DNA from: Cyanobium sp.
GTDB lineage: Bacteria; Cyanobacteriota; Cyanobacteriia; PCC-6307; Cyanobiaceae
Direction of reading: 5' to 3'
NCBI GenBank assembly: GCA_014191755.1
Contig: BJHE01000009.1
Location: forward strand, 16,854 to 80,853
DNA length: 64,000 bases
Part shown: positions 60,826-64,000 of the stretch, in pieces
Layout: each line of letters starts with the position of its first letter
Position numbering within the stretch: position 1 is the first letter of the stretch
Notes under the pieces: generated by a model
What the model saw: the letters and a program-made list of their open reading frames with translations, nothing else
The model's database searches: none
What the model was told of the DNA's origin: nothing
Translations under genes and position numbers: made by a program

Positions 60826-62619
60826 GTGGCCGATCCAACGCCGCTGCCCCAACCCACAAACGGCGCCAAGGCGGGGTCCGCAGCCGGCCCCACCTCCGCA
60901 ACTGCGGCGGCTCGCCCAACCCCTGCTCCCGAGCCCCTTCACACCCTCCTGCGGGGTGAGGCCCTGCTGAATGAGCCGCTGTTGAATAAAGGCACCGCCT
61001 TCAGCCGCGCGGAGCGCCAGGCCCTCGGCCTTGAAGCCCTGCTGCCCTGGCAGGAGGAAAGCCTTGCTGAGCAGGTGGAGCGCTGTCGGCGGGCCTTCGA
61101 GGCGATGGGCAGCGATCTGGAGCGCTACGCCTACGCCCAGAGCCTGCGGGAACGGAACCTCACCCTCTTCCACCGCTTCCTGGCCGATCACATCGAGCTG
61201 GTGATGCCGATTGTGTACACCCCCACGGTGGGCCGGGCGATCCAGCAGGCGAGCACCACCTACCGCAGCCCCAGCAAGGGGGTGTACCTGGCGGCGCCCC
61301 AACAGGAGCGCCTGGTGGAGCTGCTGCACCAGGCCTGCGGCGATCGGCCGCCCCAGCTGCTGCTGGTGACCGACGCCCAGGGCATCCTCGGCATCGGCGA
61401 TCAGGGGGTGGGGGGCATTCACATCTGCCAGGGGAAGCTGGCCGTCTACACCCTCTGCGCCGGGCTGGATCCGGCGGTGGGGCTACCGGTGATGCTGGAT
61501 GTGGGCACCGACAGGCCGGAGCTCTTGAGCGATCCGACCTATCCGGGCATGCAGCAGCCGCGGCTGCGGGGCGCCGACTACGACGCCTTCCTGGAGGCCT
61601 TCATCAGCGCGGTGGAGCAGGTGTGCCCCGGCGCCCTGGTGCACTGGGAGGACTTCGGCGCCCCCAATGCCCGCCGCGTGCTCGATGGTTTCCGGCAGAG
61701 GATCCTCAGCTTCAACGACGACATTCAGGGCACCAGCGGTGTGGCGGCCGCCGCCATCCTGGCCGGCCTGCGGGGCCTGGGACGCCCCCTGGCCGAGGAG
61801 CGGATCGTGATCTTCGGGGCCGGCAGCGCCGGTTGTGGCATCGCCGAGCGGCTGCAGCGCCTGCTCGAGCAGGCCGGTTGCTCCCGCCTGGAGGCGGCCG
61901 GCCGCATTTGGGCGATCGATCGCCATGGGCTGGTGCACGAGGGGCTGGCCGAGCGCAGCGGGGCCGTGGCGCCCTGGGTGAAGAGCGCCGCCGATCTAGC
62001 CGCCGTGGGTCTGCCAGCCGGTGAGGCCGACCGTGGCCCGGGGCTTCAGGCGGTGATCGAAGCGGTGCGGCCCGGCGTGTTGATCGGCACCTCCACCCGC
62101 GCCGGCGCCTTCGACCAGGCGGTGGTGGAGGCACTCTGCCGGGGGGTGGAGCGGCCGATCGTGCTGCCCCTCTCCAATCCCACGCCCCTGGCGGAGGTCA
62201 CCCCGGAGAATCTGCTGCGCTGGAGCGGCGGTCGGGCCCTGCTGGCCACCGGCAGCCCCTTCCCCCCCGTGGCCACCGCCACCGGGGAGCGGCTGATCGG
62301 CCAGTGCAACAACTGCTTTGTGTTTCCCGGCCTGGGCTTCGCCGCCATGGCGGTGGGGGCCCGTGAGGTGAGTGAGTCGATGATCGATGCCAGCATCGAG
62401 GCGCTGGCCAGCGCCATCCCCGCCTCTCAGGATCCGGAAGCGGCCCTAATGCCCCCCCTGTCCCAGGTGCGGGCGGTGTCCGAAGCGGTGGCCGAGGCGG
62501 TGGCCCTGGCAGCCGTGGCGGAGGGGCTGGCCACGCGGGCCAGCACGGCCGAGGAGGCCAAACAGCGCCTGCAAGAGTGCCGTTGGACCCCTGCCTATCG
62601 CCCGTTCATTGCGATCTGA
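60826..62619 (+). CDS. NAD-dependent malic enzyme, SfcA/MaeA large type
   Basis: PIVYTPTVG, GKLAVY, WEDFG, FNDDIQGT, GAGSAG, LSNPT, GQCNN. Confidence 0.92.
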   Translation: MADPTPLPQPTNGAKAGSAAGPTSATAAARPTPAPEPLHTLLRGEALLNEPLLNKGTAFSRAERQALGLEALLPWQEESLAEQVERCRRAFEAMGSDLERYAYAQSLRERNLTLFHRFLADHIELVMPIVYTPTVGRAIQQASTTYRSPSKGVYLAAPQQERLVELLHQACGDRPPQLLLVTDAQGILGIGDQGVGGIHICQGKLAVYTLCAGLDPAVGLPVMLDVGTDRPELLSDPTYPGMQQPRLRGADYDAFLEAFISAVEQVCPGALVHWEDFGAPNARRVLDGFRQRILSFNDDIQGTSGVAAAAILAGLRGLGRPLAEERIVIFGAGSAGCGIAERLQRLLEQAGCSRLEAAGRIWAIDRHGLVHEGLAERSGAVAPWVKSAADLAAVGLPAGEADRGPGLQAVIEAVRPGVLIGTSTRAGAFDQAVVEALCRGVERPIVLPLSNPTPLAEVTPENLLRWSGGRALLATGSPFPPVATATGERLIGQCNNCFVFPGLGFAAMAVGAREVSESMIDASIEALASAIPASQDPEAALMPPLSQVRAVSEAVAEAVALAAVAEGLATRASTAEEAKQRLQECRWTPAYRPFIAI

Positions 62620-63562
62620 ACGACCCTGCCTCGCCCATCCCCAGCCCAGCCGCCAAGAATTGGCTCTGGCTAGGGGTTTCACCACACCACTGCCGGTATT
62701 GACGCCGGGTGATCGCTGAGTCACTGAGCCCACACTGTTGAAAGAGGGACTCGATCGACCCCTTCTCCAGGGGCGTGTTGGCCAGGAGCCGGCGAAGCCG
62801 CCGGAATCGCCGACGTCTGATGGCTTCAAGGGGTGAGATGCCCAGTTCCTGGCGAAAACAGAACTGGAGGCTGCGGGTGGAGAGGTGCAGGGCTTCGGCC
62901 AGATCGGTCACCCACAGAGCTTCGTGCAGGTGGGCATCGATCCATTCCATGGCCCGACGGATCTGGAGGCGCCGCTCAACGGCGCCATGGGTGCGATCGG
63001 AGGGGAGGGTCTCCGAAAGATCCCGCCAAAAGAGCAGTTGCTCCACCAGCACCCCTGCAAGCCATGTCGCCTCGGCGGCTTCGGCAGCCATGGCTGTCAC
63101 CAGCTGCTCCGCCGTATCGACAGCCGCCACAACCTCAGAGCCCTGGGCGAGGTGGCGCCGGGAAAAGCCATCCCAGCGGCAGGAGGGGCCGAGTGCCTCC
63201 ATGGACAGCAAGATCGAGACCCCCTTCACGGAACAGGTGGTCTCCCCAATCAGCTCATCACCGGGCAGGCAAAGCATGGCCGTGCCCCGCTCGGCCAACA
63301 CCGGCTGCCCATTGATCCGATCGTGAACCCAGCCATGGCGGGGCAACCACAGCAGCAACTTCCCGGGTGGCTGCCAACGATGGAGGTGAACACAGGATTC
63401 GCCTTCAAGAGCCACGGCGGTTACGCCCTCGGCCTGCATCACGGTCGTGCGCGATGAGAAGGGGATATCCGGGGTCAGCAGCGCGCTGCTGTGGTGGCCG
63501 ATAGCCTGGCTGAGGTGATGCTCCCACTCCTCAAAATGCCTGGTTGTCCAGGTGATGGCCAT
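62606..63562 (-). CDS. AraC/XylS-family transcriptional regulator
   Basis: AMEWIDAHL, LAEALHLSTRSLQFCFRQELGISP, YRQWCGETPS; the second HTH looks somewhat degenerate. Confidence 0.82.
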   Translation of the reverse strand: MAITWTTRHFEEWEHHLSQAIGHHSSALLTPDIPFSSRTTVMQAEGVTAVALEGESCVHLHRWQPPGKLLLWLPRHGWVHDRINGQPVLAERGTAMLCLPGDELIGETTCSVKGVSILLSMEALGPSCRWDGFSRRHLAQGSEVVAAVDTAEQLVTAMAAEAAEATWLAGVLVEQLLFWRDLSETLPSDRTHGAVERRLQIRRAMEWIDAHLHEALWVTDLAEALHLSTRSLQFCFRQELGISPLEAIRRRRFRRLRRLLANTPLEKGSIESLFQQCGLSDSAITRRQYRQWCGETPSQSQFLAAGLGMGEAGSFRSQ

Positions 63563-63638
63563 CTGGCGGGGGGGACCCGGGGTGGTTTCTAAAGAAGATT
63601 GGGGGTGTGAGGCGAAGGCGCCTCAACCGCCGCAACCA

Positions 63639-64000
63639 TCACATCGTTGCGGCCTCCTTGAGGAGGCTGACGTGAATGGGCTTCCAGTATCCCTCAGGAG
63701 GTTCCGCCATCGGCTCTGCTCGATGATGGTGATGGCCATGCTCGGAACTTCCATGGGAATGTTCTGAGCTCTCGTGGTCATCTCCTTGGTGGGCATTGTC
63801 GAGGGAAAGCGGCACACCATGGGGGGTATGGGCGATCGCCAGGGCCCACAGATTCACGAGCTCCTCGTAGGCGGCGGGGGTGATCCATTCCATTTGGAAA
63901 CAGAAGGATTCCAGGGCTGCACACCAGTGGTGGTAATACGTGTCGCCCTCATCTGGATCTCCAGCGGCTTGCGCGTTCTGGATGGCCTTGGCCATCAGGT
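63639..64000 (-). CDS. Nitrile hydratase accessory protein (beta-subunit-like), 5'-truncated by the window edge
   Basis: AGDPDEGDTYYHHWCAALE...W...HTPHGVPLSL matches the recalled family pattern; frame is open (CTG) upstream of the ATG at 63995; His-rich tail. Confidence 0.78.
   Translation of the reverse strand, partial: LMAKAIQNAQAAGDPDEGDTYYHHWCAALESFCFQMEWITPAAYEELVNLWALAIAHTPHGVPLSLDNAHQGDDHESSEHSHGSSEHGHHHHRAEPMAEPPEGYWKPIHVSLLKEAATM

Overview
GC-rich (about 65-70% by eye) chromosome of a picocyanobacterium, most likely Cyanobium or freshwater Synechococcus. The assignment is inferred from the sasA-tRNA-Glu-petH-zwf-opcA-cobB and folD-crtE-DUF212-helicase gene orders. Core genes: pepN, sasA, petH, zwf, opcA, cobB, crtE, folD, leuA, a labA-like gene, a GH57 branching enzyme, a polar amino-acid ABC transporter and pyrC. 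The window also holds a complete high-affinity CO2-uptake operon (ndhF3-ndhD3-cupA-cupS). Accessory material: an IS5 with a CTAA target duplication and a nonsense-inactivated transposase, two single low-GC genes (PhyH dioxygenase, SAM methyltransferase), a multiply broken KimA-like permease pseudogene, a metzincin protease, and a truncated nitrile-hydratase accessory gene with an AraC regulator at the right edge. The best leads for undescribed biology are: (i) a formyltransferase + NodB deacetylase + DedA operon head-to-head with a peptide deformylase; (ii) the nitrile-hydratase/AraC locus; (iii) an orphan PGM1-like ATP-grasp ligase divergent from a SemiSWEET-Fluc-Fluc operon; (iv) a possible HicA-like/release-factor-like fusion protein between folD and crtE; (v) a heptamer repeat that forms a chain of stop/start-coupled mini-ORFs in front of dedA. 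All family calls come from motif recognition by eye; no database search was run.
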